Program-made: the position numbers and the translations under genes
Notes under the pieces: model-generated
Told to the model about the DNA's origin: nothing
Database searches by the model: none
What the model saw: only the letters and a program-made list of their open reading frames with translations
From: Eledone cirrhosa
Taxonomy: Eukaryota
Assembly (NCBI GenBank): GCA_964016885.1
Contig: OZ024746.1
Location: 26,908,001 to 26,972,000, forward strand
DNA: 64,000 nucleotides
Direction of reading: 5' to 3'
Shown here: piece after piece, positions 23,129 to 38,100 of the stretch
How the letters are laid out: every line of letters begins with the position of its first letter
Numbering within the stretch: the first letter of the stretch is position 1

Positions 23129-26100
23129 AGACGTAATCTGTCACCCAATTTAACACCACCACCTGGTCCTTGGGTGGTAGATGTAATAAGTCACCTAGTT
23201 TAACACCACCACCTGGTCCTTGGGTGGTAGACGTAATCTGTCACCCAGTTTAACACCACCATCTGGTCCTTGGGTGGTAGATGTAATAAGTCACCCGGTT
23301 TAACACCACCACCTGGTCCGTGGGTGGTAGATGTAATAAGTCACCTGGTTTAACACCACCACCTGGTCCTTGGGTGGTAGATGTAATAAGTCACCCAGTT
23401 TAACACCATCACCTGGTCCTTGGGTGGTAGATGTAATAAGTCACCCAGTTTAACACCATCACCTGGTCCTTGGGTGGCAGGTGTAATAAGTCACCTGGTT
23501 TAACACCACCACCTGGTCCTTGGGTGGTAGATGTAATAAGTCACCTTGTTTAACACCACCACCTGGTCCTTGGGTGGTAGATGTAATAAGTCACCCAGTT
23601 TAACACCATCACCTGGTCCTTGGGTGGTAGATGTAATAAGTCACCCAGTTTAACACCACCACCTGGTCCTTGGGTGGTAGATGTAATAAGTCACCCAGTT
23701 TAACACCATCACCTGGTCCTTGGGTGGTAGATGTAATAAGTCACCCAGTTTAACACCATCACCTGGTCCTTGGGTGGCAGGTGTAATAAGTCACCTGGTT
23801 TAACACCACCACCTGGTCCTTGGGTGGTAGATGTAATAAGTCACCTTGTTTAACACCACCACCTGGTCCTTGGGTGGTAGATGTAATAAGTCACCCAGTT
23901 TAACACCATCACCTGGTCCTTGGGTGGTAGATGTAATAAGTCACCCAGTTTAACACCACCACCTGGTCCTTGGGTGGTAGATGTAATAAGTCACCCAGTT
24001 TAACACCATCACCTGGTCCTTGGGTGGTAGATGTAATAAGTCACCCAGTTTAACACCACCACCTGGTCCTTGGGTGGTAGATGTAATAAGTCACCCAGTT
24101 TAACACCATCACCTGGTCCTTGGGTGGTAGATGTAATAAGTCACCCAGTTTAACACCACCACCTGGTCCTTGGGTGGTAGATGTAATAAGTCACCCAGTT
24201 TAACACCACCACCTGGTCCTTGGGTGGTAGATGTAATAAGTCACCCGGTTTAACACCATCACCTGGTCCTTGGGTGGCAGATGTAATAAGTCACCCAGTT
24301 TAACACCACCACCTGGTCCTTGGGTGGTAGATGTAATAAGTCACCTTGTTTAACACCACCACCTGGTCCTTGGGTGGTAGAATGGTAGATGTAATAAGTC
24401 ACCCAGTTTAACACCACCACCTGGTCCTTGGGTGGTAGAGTGGTAGATGTAATAAGTCACCCAGTTTAACACCACCACCTGGTCCTTGGGTGGTAGAGTG
24501 GTAGATGTAATAAGTCACCCAGTTTAACACCACCACCTGGTCCTTGGGTGGTAGAATGGTAGATGTAATAAGTCACCCAGTTTAACACCACCACCTGGTC
24601 CTTGGGTGGTAGATGTAATAAGTCACCAGGTTTAACACCACCACCAGGTCCTTGGGTGGTAGATGTAATAAGTCACCCAGTTTAACACCACCACCTGGTC
24701 CTTGGGTGGTAGATGTAATAAGTCACCCAGTTTAACACCACCACCTGGTCCTTGGGTGGTAGATGTAATAAGTCACCCAGTTTAACACCATCACCTGGTC
24801 CTTGGGTGGTAGATGTAATAAGTCACCCAGTTTAACACCATCACCTGGTCCTTGGGTGGCAGGTGTAATAAGTCACCTGGTTTAACACCACCACCTGGTC
24901 CTTGGGTGGTAGATGTAATAAGTCACCCGGTTTAACACCACCACCTGGTCCTTGGGTGGTAGATGTAATAAGTCACCCGGTTTAACACCACCACCTGGTC
25001 CTTGGGTGGTAGATGTAATAAGTCACCCGGTTTAACACCACCACCTGGTCCTTGGGTGGTAGATGTAATAAGTCACCCGGTTTAACACCACCACCTGGTC
25101 CTTGGGTGGTAGATGTAATAAGTCAGACAGTTTAACACCACCACCTGGTCCTTGGGTGGCAGGTGTAATAAGTCACCTGGTTTAACACCACCACCTGGTC
25201 CTTGGGTGGCAGGTGTAATAAGTCACCTGGTTTAACACCACCACCTGGTCCTTGGGTGGTAGATGTAATAAGTCAGACAGTTTAACACCACCACCTGGTC
25301 CTTGGGTGGTAGAGTGGTAGATGTAATAAGTCACCCAGTTTAACACCACCACCTGGTCCTTGGGTGGTAGATGTAATAAGTCACCCGGTTTAACACCACC
25401 ACCTGGTCCTTGGGTAGTAGATGTAATAAGTCACCCAGTTTAACACCATCACCTGGTCCTTGGGTGGTAGATGTAATAAGTCACCCAGTTTAACACCACC
25501 ACCTGGTCCTTGGGTGGTAGATGTAATAAGTCACCCAGTTTAACACCACCACCTGGTCCTTGGGTGGTAGAGTGGTAGATGTAATAAGTCACCCGGTTTA
25601 ACACCACCACCTGGTCCTTGGGTGGTAGATGTAATAAGTCACCCGGTTTAACACCACCACCTGGTCCTTGGGTGGTAGATGTAATAAGTCACCCGGTTTA
25701 ACACCACCACCTGGTCCTTGGGTGGTAGAATGGTAGATGCAATAAGTCACCCGGTTTAACACCACCACCTGGTCCTTGGGTGGCAGGTGTAATAAGTCAC
25801 CTGGTTTAACACCACCACCTGGTCCTTGGGTGGTAGAGTGGTAGATGTAATAAGTCACCCAGTTTAACACCACCACCTGGTCCTTGGGTGGTAGATGTAA
25901 TAAGTCACCTTGTTTAACACCACCACCTGGTCCTTGGGTGGTAGATGTAATAAGTCACCCAGTTTAACACCATCACCTGGTCCTTGGGTGGTAGATGTAA
26001 TAAGTCACCCAGTTTAACACCACCACCTGGTCCTTGGGTGGTAGATGTAATAAGTCACCCAGTTTAACACCATCACCTGGTCCTTGGGTGGTAGATGTAA

Positions 26101-29100
26101 TAAGTCACCCAGTTTAACACCACCACCTGGTCCTTGGGTGGTAGATGTAATAAGTCACCCAGTTTAACACCATCACCTGGTTCTTGGGTGGTAGATGTAA
26201 TAAGTCACCCAGTTTAACACCACCACCTGGTCCTTGGGTGGTAGATGTAATAAGTCACCCAGTTTAACACCACCACCTGGTCCTTGGGTGGTAGATGTAA
26301 TAAGTCACCCGGTTTAACACCATCACCTGGTCCTTGGGTGGCAGATGTAATAAGTCACCCAGTTTAACACCACCACCTGGTCCTTGGGTGGTAGATGTAA
26401 TAAGTCACCTTGTTTAACACCACCACCTGGTCCTTGGGTGGTAGAATGGTAGATGTAATAAGTCACCCAGTTTAACACCACCACCTGGTCCTTGGGTGGT
26501 AGAGTGGTAGATGTAATAAGTCACCCAGTTTAACACCACCACCTGGTCCTTGGGTGGTAGAGTGGTAGATGTAATAAGTCACCCAGTTTAACACCACCAC
26601 CTGGTCCTTGGGTGGTAGAATGGTAGATGTAATAAGTCACCCAGTTTAACACCACCACCTGGTCCTTGGGTGGTAGATGTAATAAGTCACCCGGTTTAAC
26701 ACCACCACCAGGTCCTTGGGTGGTAGATGTAATAAGTCACCCAGTTTAACACCACCACCTGGTCCTTGGGTGGTAGATGTAATAAGTCACCCAGTTTAAC
26801 ACCACCACCTGGTCCTTGGGTGGTAGATGTAATAAGTCACCCGGTTTAACACCACCACCTGGTCCTTGGGTGGTAGATGTAATAAGTCACCCAGTTTAAC
26901 ACCACCACCTGGTCCTTGGGTGGTAGAGTGGTAGATGTAATAAGTCACCCAGTTTAACACCACCACCTGGTCCTTGGGTGGTAGATGTAATAAGTCACCC
27001 AGTTTAACACCACCACCTGGTCCTTGGGTGGTAGATGTAATAAGTCACCTGGTTTAACACCATCACCTGGTCCTTGGGTGGTAGATGTAATAAGTCACCT
27101 GGTTTAACACCATCACCTGGTCCTTGGGTGGGAGAGTGGTAGATGTAATAAGTCACCCGGTTTAACACCACCACCTGGTCCTTGGGTGGCAGGTGTAATC
27201 TGTCACCCAGTTTAACACCACCATCTGGTCCTTGGGTGGTAGATGTAATAAGTCACCCGGTTTAACACCACCACCTGGTCCTTGGGTGGTAGATGTAATA
27301 AGTTACCCAGTTTAACACCACCACCTGGTCCTTGGGTGGTAGATGTAATAAGTCACCCGGTTTAACACCACCACCTGGTCCTTGGGTGGTAGATGTAATA
27401 AGTCACCCAGTTTAACACCACCACCTGGTCCTTGGGTGGTAGAGTGGTAGATGTAATAAGTCACCCGGTTTAACACCACCACCTGGTCCTTGGGTGGTAG
27501 ATGTAATAAGTCACCCAGATTAACACCACCACCTGGTCCTTGGGTGGTAGAGTGGTAGATGTAATAAGTCACCCAGTTTAACACCACCACCTGGTCCTTG
27601 GGTGGTAGATGTAATAAGTCACCCAGTTTAACACCACCACCTGGTCCTTGGGTGGTAGATGTAATAAGTCACCCAGTTTAACACCACCACCTGGTCCTTG
27701 GGTGGTAGATGTAATAAGTCACCCGGTTTAACACCACCACCTGGTCCTTGGGTGGTAGATGTAATAAGTCACCCAGTTTAACACCACCACCTGGTCCTTG
27801 GGTGGTAGATGTAATAAGTCACCCAGTTTAACACCACCACCTGGTCCTTGGGTGGTAGATGTAATAAGTCACCCGGTTTAACACCACCACCTGGTCCTTG
27901 GGTGGCAGGTGTAATAAGTCACCTGGTTTAACACCACCACCTGGTCCTTGGGTGGCAGGTGTAATAAGTCACCTGGTTTAACACCACCACCTGGTCCTTG
28001 GGTGGTAGATGTAATAAGTCACCCAGTTTAACACCACCACCTGGTCCTTGGGTGGTAGATGTAATAAGTCACCCGGTTTAACACCACTACCTGGTCCTTG
28101 GGTGGTAGATGTAATAAGTCACCCGGTTTAACACCACCACCTGGTCCTTGGGTGGTAGATGTAATAAGTCACCCGGTTTAACACCACCACCTGGTCCTTG
28201 GGTGGTAGATGTAATAAGTCACCCGGTTTAACACCATCACCTGGTCCTTGGGTGGCAGGTGTAATTAGTCACCTGGTTTAACACCACCACCTGGTCCTTG
28301 GGTGGTAGATGTAATAAGTCACCCAGTTTAACACCACCACCTGGTCCTTGGGTGGTAGATGTAATAAGTCACCCGGTTTAACACCACTACCTGGTCCTTG
28401 GGTGGTAGATGTAATAAGTCACCCGGTTTAACACCACCACCTGGTCCTTGGGTGGTAGATGTAATAAGTCACCCGGTTTAACACCACCACCTGGTCCTTG
28501 GGTGGTAGATGTAATAAGTCACCCGGTTTAACACCACCACCTGGTCCTTGGGTGGTAGAGTGGTAGATGTAATAAGTCACCCGGTTTAACACCACCACCT
28601 GGTCCTTGGGTGGTAGATGTAATAAGTCACCCAGATTAACACCACCACCTGGTCCTTGGGTGGTAGAGTGGTAGATGTAATAAGTCACCCAGTTTAACAC
28701 CACCACCTGGTCCTTGGATGATAGATGTAATAAGTCACCCAGTTTAACACCACCACCTGGTCCTTGGGTGGTAGATGTAATAAGTCACCCAGTTTAACAC
28801 CACCACCTGGTCCTTGGGTGGTAGATGTAATAAGTCACCCGGTTTAACACCACCACCTGGTCCTTGGGTGGTAGATGTAATAAGTCACCCAGTTTAACAC
28901 CACCACCTGGTCCTTGGGTGGTAGATGTAATAAGTCACCCAGTTTAACACCACCACCTGGTCCTTGGGTGGTAGATGTAATAAGTCACCCAGTTTAACAC
29001 CACCACCTGGTCCTTGGGTGGTAGATGTAATAAGTCACCCAGTTTAACACCACCACCTGGTCCTTGGGTGGTAGAGTGGTAGATGTAATAAGTCACCCAG

Positions 29101-32100
29101 TTTAACACCACCACCTGGTCCTTGGGTGGTAGATGTAATAAGTCACCCGGTTTAACACCACCACCTGGTCCTTGGGTGGTAGATGTAATAAGTCACCCAG
29201 TTTAACACCACCACCTGGTCCTTGGGTGGTAGATGTAATAAGTCACCCAGTTTAACACCACCACCTGGTCCTTGGGTGGTAGATGTAATAAGTCACCCAG
29301 TTTAACACCACCACCTGGTCCTTGGGTGGTAGATGTAATAAATCACCCGGTTTAACACCACCACCTGGTCCTTGGGTGGTAGATGTAATAAGTCACCCAG
29401 TTTAACACCACCACCTGGTCCTTGGGTGGTAGATGTAATAAGTCACCCAGTTTAACACCACCACCTGGTCCTTGGGTGGTAGATGTAATAAGTCACCCGG
29501 TTTAACACCACCACCTGGTCCTTGGGTGGCAGGTGTAATAAGTCACCTGGTTTAACACCACCACCTGGTCCTTGGGTGGCAGGTGTAATAAGTCACCTGG
29601 TTTAACACCACCACCTGGTCCTTGGGTGGTAGATGTAATAAGTCACCCAGTTTAACACCACCACCTGGTCCTTGGGTGGTAGATGTAATAAGTCACCCGG
29701 TTTAACACCACCACCTGGTCCTTGGGTGGTAGATGTAATAAGTCACCCGGTTTAACACCACCACCTGGTCCTTGGGTGGTAGATGTAATAAGTCACCCGG
29801 TTTAACACCACCACCTGGTCCTTGGGTGGTAGATGTAATAAGTCACCCGGTTTAACACCATCACCTGGTCCTTGGGTGGCAGGTGTAATAAGTCACCCGG
29901 TTTAACACCACCACCTGGTCCTTGGGTGGTAGATGTAATAAGTCACCCGGTTTAACACCATCACCTGGTCCTTGGGTGGCAGATGTAATAAGTCACCCAG
30001 TTTAACACCACCACCTGGTCCTTGGGTGGTAGATGTAATAAGTCACCTTGTTTAACACCACCACCTGGTCCTTGGGTGGTAGAATGGTAGATGTAATAAG
30101 TCACCCAGTTTAACACCACCACCTGGTCCTTGGGTGGTAGAGTGGTAGATGTAATAAGTCACCCAGTTTAACACCACCACCTGGTCCTTGGGTGGTAGAA
30201 TGGTAGATGTAATAAGTCACCCAGTTTAACACCACCACCTGGTCCTTGGGTGGTAGATGTAATAAGTCACCCGGTTTAACACCACCACCAGGTCCTTGGG
30301 TGGTAGATGTAATAAGTCACCCAGTTTAACACCACCACCTGGTCCTTGGGTGGTAGATGTAATAAGTCACCCAGTTTAACACCACCACCTGGTCCTTGGG
30401 TGGTAGATGTAATAAGTCACCCAGTTTAACACCATCACCTGGTCCTTGGGTGGTAGATGTAATAAGTCACCCAGTTTAACACCATCACCTGGTCCTTGGG
30501 TGGCAGGTGTAATAAGTCACCTGGTTTAACACCACCACCTGGTCCTTGGGTGGTAGATGTAATAAGTCACCCGGTTTAACACCACCACCTGGTCCTTGGG
30601 TGGTAGATGTAATAAGTCACCCGGTTTAACACCACCACCTGGTCCTTGGGTGGTAGATGTAATAAGTCACCCGGTTTAACACCACCACCTGGTCCTTGGG
30701 TGGTAGATGTAATAAGTCACCCGGTTTAACACCACCACCTGGTCCTTGGGTGGTAGATGTAATAAGTCAGACAGTTTAACACCACCACCTGGTCCTTGGG
30801 TGGCAGGTGTAATAAGTCACCTGGTTTAACACCACCACCTGGTCCTTGGGTGGCAGGTGTAATAAGTCACCTGGTTTAACACCACCACCTGGTCCTTGGG
30901 TGGTAGATGTAATAAGTCAGACAGTTTAACACCACCACCTGGTCCTTGGGTGGTAGAGTGGTAGATGTAATAAGTCACCCAGTTTAACACCACCACCTGG
31001 TCCTTGGGTGGTAGATGTAATAAGTCACCCGGTTTAACACCACCACCTGGTCCTTGGGTGGTAGATGTAATAAGTCACCCGGTTTAACACCACCACCTGG
31101 TCCTTGGGTGGTAGAATGGTAGATGCAATAAGTCACCCGGTTTAACACCACCACCTGGTCCTTGGGTGGCAGGTGTAATAAGTCACCTGGTTTAACACCA
31201 CCACCTGGTCCTTGGGTGGTAGAGTGGTAGATGTAATAAGTCACCCAGTTTAACACCACCACCTGGTCCTTGGGTGGTAGATGTAATAAGTCACCTTGTT
31301 TAACACCACCACCTGGTCCTTGGGTGGTAGATGTAATAAGTCACCCAGTTTAACACCATCACCTGGTCCTTGGGTGGTAGATGTAATAAGTCACCCAGTT
31401 TAACACCACCACCTGGTCCTTGGGTGGTAGATGTAATAAGTCACCCAGTTTAACACCATCACCTGGTCCTTGGGTGGTAGATGTAATAAGTCACCCAGTT
31501 TAACACCACCACCTGGTTCTTGGGTGGTAGATGTAATAAGTCACCCGGTTTAACACCATCACCTGGTCCTTGGGTGGCAGATGTAATAAGTCACCCAGTT
31601 TAACACCACCACCTGGTCCTTGGGTGGTAGATGTAATAAGTCACCTTGTTTAACACCACCACCTGGTCCTTGGGTGGTAGAATGGTAGATGTAATAAGTC
31701 ACCCAGTGTAACACCACCACCTGGTCCTTGGGTGGTAGAGTGGTAGATGTAATAAGTCACCCAGTTTAACACCACCACCTGGTCCTTGGGTGGTAGATGT
31801 AATAAGTCACCCAGTTTAACACCACCACCTGGTCCTTGGGTGGTAGATGTAATAAGTCACCCGGTTTAACACCACCACCTGGTCCTTGGGTGGTAGATGT
31901 AATAAGTCACCCGGTTTAACACCACCACCTGGTCCTTGGGTGGTAGATGTAATAAGTCACCCAGTTTAACACCACCACCTGGTCCTTGGGTGGTAGAGTG
32001 GTAGATGTAATAAGTCACCCAGTTTAACACCACCACCTGGTCCTTGGGTGGTAGATGTAATAAGTCACCCAGTTTAACACCACCACCTGGTCCTTGGGTG

Positions 32101-35100
32101 GTAGATGTAATAAGTCACCTGGTTTAACACCATCACCTGGTCCTTGGGTGGTAGATGTAATAAGTCACCTGGTTTAACACCATCACCTGGTCCTTGGGTG
32201 GGAGAGTGGTAGATGTAATAAGTCACCCGGTTTAACACCACCACCTGGTCCTTGGGTGGCAGGTGTAATCTGTCACCCAGTTTAACACCACCATCTGGTC
32301 CTTGGGTGGTAGATGTAATAAGTCACCCGGTTTAACACCACCACCTGGTCCTTGGGTGGTAGATGTAATAAGTTACCCAGTTTAACACCACCACCTGGTC
32401 CTTGGGTGGTAGATGTAATAAGTCACCCGGTTTAACACCACCACCTGGTCCTTGGGTGGTAGATGTAATAAGTCACCCAGTTTAACACCACCACCTGGTC
32501 CTTGGGTGGTAGAGTGGTAGATGTAATAAGTCACCCGGTTTAACACCACCACCTGGTCCTTGGGTGGTAGATGTAATAAGTCACCCAGATTAACACCACC
32601 ACCTGGTCCTTGGGTGGTAGAGTGGTAGATGTAATAAGTCACCCAGTTTAACACCACCACCTGGTCCTTGGGTGGTAGATGTAATAAGTCACCCAGTTTA
32701 ACACCACCACCTGGTCCTTGGGTGGTAGATGTAATAAGTCACCCAGTTTAACACCACCACCTGGTCCTTGGGTGGTAGATGTAATAAGTCACCCGGTTTA
32801 ACACCACCACCTGGTCCTTGGGTGGTAGATGTAATAAGTCACCCAGTTTAACACCACCACCTGGTCCTTGGGTGGTAGATGTAATAAGTCACCCAGTTTA
32901 ACACCACCACCTGGTCCTTGGGTGGTAGATGTAATAAGTCACCCAGTTTAACACCATCACCTGGTCCTTGGGTGGTAGAGTGGTAGATGTAATAAGTCAC
33001 CCAGTTTAACACCACCACCTGGTCCTTGGGTGGTAGATGTAATAAGTCACCCGGTTTAACACCACCACCTGGTCCTTGGGTGGTAGATGTAATAAGTCAC
33101 CCAGTTTAACACCACCACCTGGTCCTTGGGTGGTAGATGTAATAAGTCACCCGGTTTAACACCACCACCTGGTCCTTGGGTGGCAGGTGTAATAAGTCAC
33201 CTGGTTTAACACCACCACCTGGTCCTTGGGTGGCAGGTGTAATAAGTCACCTGGTTTAACACCACCACCTGGTCCTTGGGTGGTAGATGTAATAAGTCAC
33301 CCAGTTTAACACCACCACCTGGTCCTTGGGTGGTAGATGTAATAAGTCACCCGGTTTAACACCACCACCTGGTCCTTGGGTGGTAGATGTAATAAGTCAC
33401 CCGGTTTAACACCACCACCTGGTCCTTGGGTGGTAGATGTAATAAGTCACCCGGTTTAACACCACCACCTGGTCCTTGGGTGGTAGATGTAATAAGTCAC
33501 CCGGTTTAACACCATCACCTGGTCCTTGGGTGGCAGGTGTAATTAGTCACCTGGTTTAACACCACCACCTGGTCCTTGGGTGGTAGATGTAATAAGTCAC
33601 CCAGTTTAACACCACCACCTGGTCCTTGGGTGGTAGATGTAATAAGTCACCCGGTTTAACACCACCACCTGGTCCTTGGGTGGTAGATGTAATAAGTCAC
33701 CCGGTTTAACACCACCACCTGGTCCTTGGGTGGTAGATGTAATAAGTCACCCGGTTTAACACCACCACCTGGTCCTTGGGTGGTAGATGTAATAAGTCAC
33801 CCGGTTTAACACCACCACCTGGTCCTTGGGTGGTAGAGTGGTAGATGTAATAAGTCACCCGGTTTAACACCACCACCTGGTCCTTGGGTGGTAGATGTAA
33901 TAAGTCACCCAGATTAACACCACCACCTGGTCCTTGGGTGGTAGCGTGGTAGATGTAATAAGTCACCCAGTTTAACACCACCACCTGGTCCTTGGGTGGT
34001 AGATGTAATAAGTCACCCAGTTTAACACCACCACCTGGTCCTTGGGTGGTAGATGTAATAAGTCACCCAGTTTAACACCACCACCTGGTCCTTGGGTGGT
34101 AGATGTAATAAGTCACCCGGTTTAACACCACCACCTGGTCCTTGGGTGGTAGATGTAATAAGTCACCCAGTTTAACACCACCACCTGGTCCTTGGGTGGT
34201 AGATGTAATAAGTCACCCAGTTTAACACCACCACCTGGTCCTTGGGTGGTAGATGTAATAAGTCACCCAGTTTAACACCACCACCTGGTCCTTGGGTGGT
34301 AGAGTGGTAGATGTAATAAGTCACCCAGTTTAACACCACCACCTGGTCCTTGGGTGGTAGATGTAATAAGTCACCCGGTTTAACACCACCACCTGGTCCT
34401 TGGGTGGTAGATGTAATAAGTCACCCAGTTTAACACCACCACCTGGTCCTTGGGTGGTAGATGTAATAAGTCACCCAGTTTAACACCACCACCTGGTCCT
34501 TGGGTGGTAGATGTAATAAGTCACCCAGTTTAACACCACCACCTGGTCCTTGGGTGGTAGATGTAATAAATCACCCGGTTTAACACCACCACCTGGTCCT
34601 TGGGTGGTAGATGTAATAAGTCACCCAGTTTAACACCACCACCTGGTCCTTGGGTGGTAGATGTAATAAGTCACTCAGTTTAACACCACCACCTGGTCCT
34701 TGGGTGGTAGATGTAATAAGTCACCCGGTTTAACACCACCACCTGGTCCTTGGGTGGCAGGTGTAATAAGTCACTTGGTTTAACACCACCACCTGGTCCT
34801 TGGGTGGCAGGTGTAATAAGTCACCTGGTTTAACACCACCACCTGGTCCTTGGGTGGTAGATGTAATAAGTCACCCAGTTTAACACCACCACCTGGTCCT
34901 TGGGTGGTAGATGTAATAAGTCACCCGGTTTAACACCACCACCTGGTCCTTGGGTGGTAGATGTAATAAGTCACCCGGTTTAACACCACCACCTGGTCCT
35001 TGGGTGGTAGATGTAATAAGTCACCCGGTTTAACACCACCACCTGGTCCTTGGGTGGTAGATGTAATAAGTCACCCGGTTTAACACCATCACCTGGTCCT

Positions 35101-38100
35101 TGGGTGGCAGGTGTAATAAGTCACCCGGTTTAACACCATCACCTGGTCCTTGGGTGGCAGGTGTAATAAGTCACCCGGTTTAACACCACCACCTGGTCCT
35201 TGGGTGGTAGATGTAATAAGTCACCCAGTTTAACACCACCACCTGGTGCTTGGGTGGTAGATGTAATAAGTCACCCGGTTTAACACCACCACCTGGTCCT
35301 TGGGTGGTAGATGTAATAAGTCACCCGGTTTAACACCACCACCTGGTCCTTGGGTGGTAGATGTAATAAGTCACCCGGTTTAACACCACCACCTGGTCCT
35401 TGGGTGGTAGATGTAATAAGTCACCCGGTTTAACACCACCACCTGGTCCTTGGGTGGTAGAGTGGTAGATGTAATAAGTCACCCAGTTTAACACCACCAC
35501 CTGGTCCTTGGGTGGTAGATGTAATAAGTCACCCAGTTTAACACCACCACCTGGTCCTTGGGTGGTAGAGTGATAGATGTAATAAGTCACCCGGTTTAAC
35601 ACCACCACCTGGTCCTTGGGTGGTAGAGTGGTAGATGTAATAAGTCACCCGGTTTAACACCACCACCTGGTCCTTGGGTGGTAGAGTGGTAGATGTAATA
35701 AGTCACCCAGTTTAACACCACCACCTGGTCCTTGGGTGGTAGAGTGGTAGATGTAATAAGTCACCCAGTTTAACACCACCACCTGGTCCTTGGGTGGTAG
35801 ATGTAATAAGTCACCTGGTTTAACACCATCACCTGGTCCTTGGGTGGTAGATGTAATAAGTCACCTGGTTTAACACCATCACCTGGTCCTTGGGTGGGAG
35901 AGTGGTAGATGTAATAAGTCACCCGGTTTAACACCACCACCTGGTCCTTGGGTGGCAGGTGTAATCTGTCACCCAGTTTAACACCACCATCTGGTCCTTG
36001 GGTGGTAGATGTAATAAGTCACCCGGTTTAACACCACCACCTGGTCCTTGGGTGGTAGATGTAATAAGTTACCCAGTTTAACACCACCACCTGGTCCTTG
36101 GGTGGTAGATGTAATAAGTCACCCGGTTTAACACCACCACCTGGTCCTTGGGTGGTAGATGTAATAAGTCACCCAGTTTAACACCACCACCTGGTCCTTG
36201 GGTGGTAGAGTGGTAGATGTAATAAGTCACCCGGTTTAACACCACCACCTGGTCCTTGGGTGGTAGATGTAATAAGTCACCCAGATTAACACCACCACCT
36301 GGTCCTTGGGTGGTAGAGTGGTAGATGTAATAAGTCACCCAGTTTAACACCACCACCTGGTCCTTGGGTGGTAGATGTAATAAGTCACCCAGTTTAACAC
36401 CACCACCTGGTCCTTGGGTGGTAGATGTAATAAGTCACCCAGTTTAACACCACCACCTGGTCCTTGGGTGGTAGATGTAATAAGTCACCCGGTTTAACAC
36501 CACCACCTGGTCCTTGGGTGGTAGATGTAATAAGTCACCCAGTTTAACACCACCACCTGGTCCTTGGGTGGTAGATGTAATAAGTCACCCAGTTTAACAC
36601 CACCACCTGGTCCTTGGGTGGTAGATGTAATAAGTCACCCGGTTTAACACCACCACCTGGTCCTTGGGTGGCAGGTGTAATAAGTCACCTGGTTTAACAC
36701 CACCACCTGGTCCTTGGGTGGCAGGTGTAATAAGTCACCTGGTTTAACACCACCACCTGGTCCTTGGGTGGTAGATGTAATAAGTCACCCAGTTTAACAC
36801 CACCACCTGGTCCTTGGGTGGTAGATGTAATAAGTCACCCGGTTTAACACCACCACCTGGTCCTTGGGTGGTAGATGTAATAAGTCACCCGGTTTAACAC
36901 CACCACCTGGTCCTTGGGTGGTAGATGTAATAAGTCACCCGGTTTAACACCACCACCTGGTCCTTGGGTGGTAGATGTAATAAGTCACCCGGTTTAACAC
37001 CATCACCTGGTCCTTGGGTGGCAGGTGTAATTAGTCACCTGGTTTAACACCACCACCTGGTCCTTGGGTGGTAGATGTAATAAGTCACCCAGTTTAACAC
37101 CACCACCTGGTCCTTGGGTGGTAGATGTAATAAGTCACCCGGTTTAACACCACTACCTGGTCCTTGGGTGGTAGATGTAATAAGTCACCCGGTTTAACAC
37201 CACCACCTGGTCCTTGGGTGGTAGATGTAATAAGTCACCCGGTTTAACACCACCACCTGGTCCTTGGGTGGTAGATGTAATAAGTCACCCGGTTTAACAC
37301 CACCACCTGGTCCTTGGGTGGTAGAGTGGTAGATGTAATAAGTCACCCGGTTTAACACCACCACCTGGTCCTTGGGTGGTAGATGTAATAAGTCACCCAG
37401 ATTAACACCACCACCTGGTCCTTGGGTGGTAGAGTGGTAGATGTAATAAGTCAACCAGTTTAACACCACCACCTGGTCCTTGGATGATAGATGTAATAAG
37501 TCACCCAGTTTAACACCACCACCTGGTCCTTGGGTGGTAGATGTAATAAGTCACCCAGTTTAACACCACCACCTGGTCCTTGGGTGGTAGATGTAATAAG
37601 TCACCCGGTTTAACACCACCACCTGGTCCTTGGGTGGTAGATGTAATAAGTCACCCAGTTTAACACCACCACCTGGTCCTTGGGTGGTAGATGTAATAAG
37701 TCACCCAGTTTAACACCACCACCTGGTCCTTGGGTGGTAGATGTAATAAGTCACCCAGTTTAACACCACCACCTGGTCCTTGGGTGGTAGATGTAATAAG
37801 TCACCCAGTTTAACACCACCACCTGGTCCTTGGGTGGTAGAGTGGTAGATGTAATAAGTCACCCAGTTTAACACCACCACCTGGTCCTTGGGTGGTAGAT
37901 GTAATAAGTCACCCGGTTTAACACCACCACCTGGTCCTTGGGTGGTAGATGTAATAAGTCACCCAGTTTAACACCACCACCTGGTCCTTGGGTGGTAGAT
38001 GTAATAAGTCACCCAGTTTAACACCACCACCTGGTCCTTGGGTGGTAGATGTAATAAGTCACCCAGTTTAACACCACCACCTGGTCCTTGGGTGGTAGAT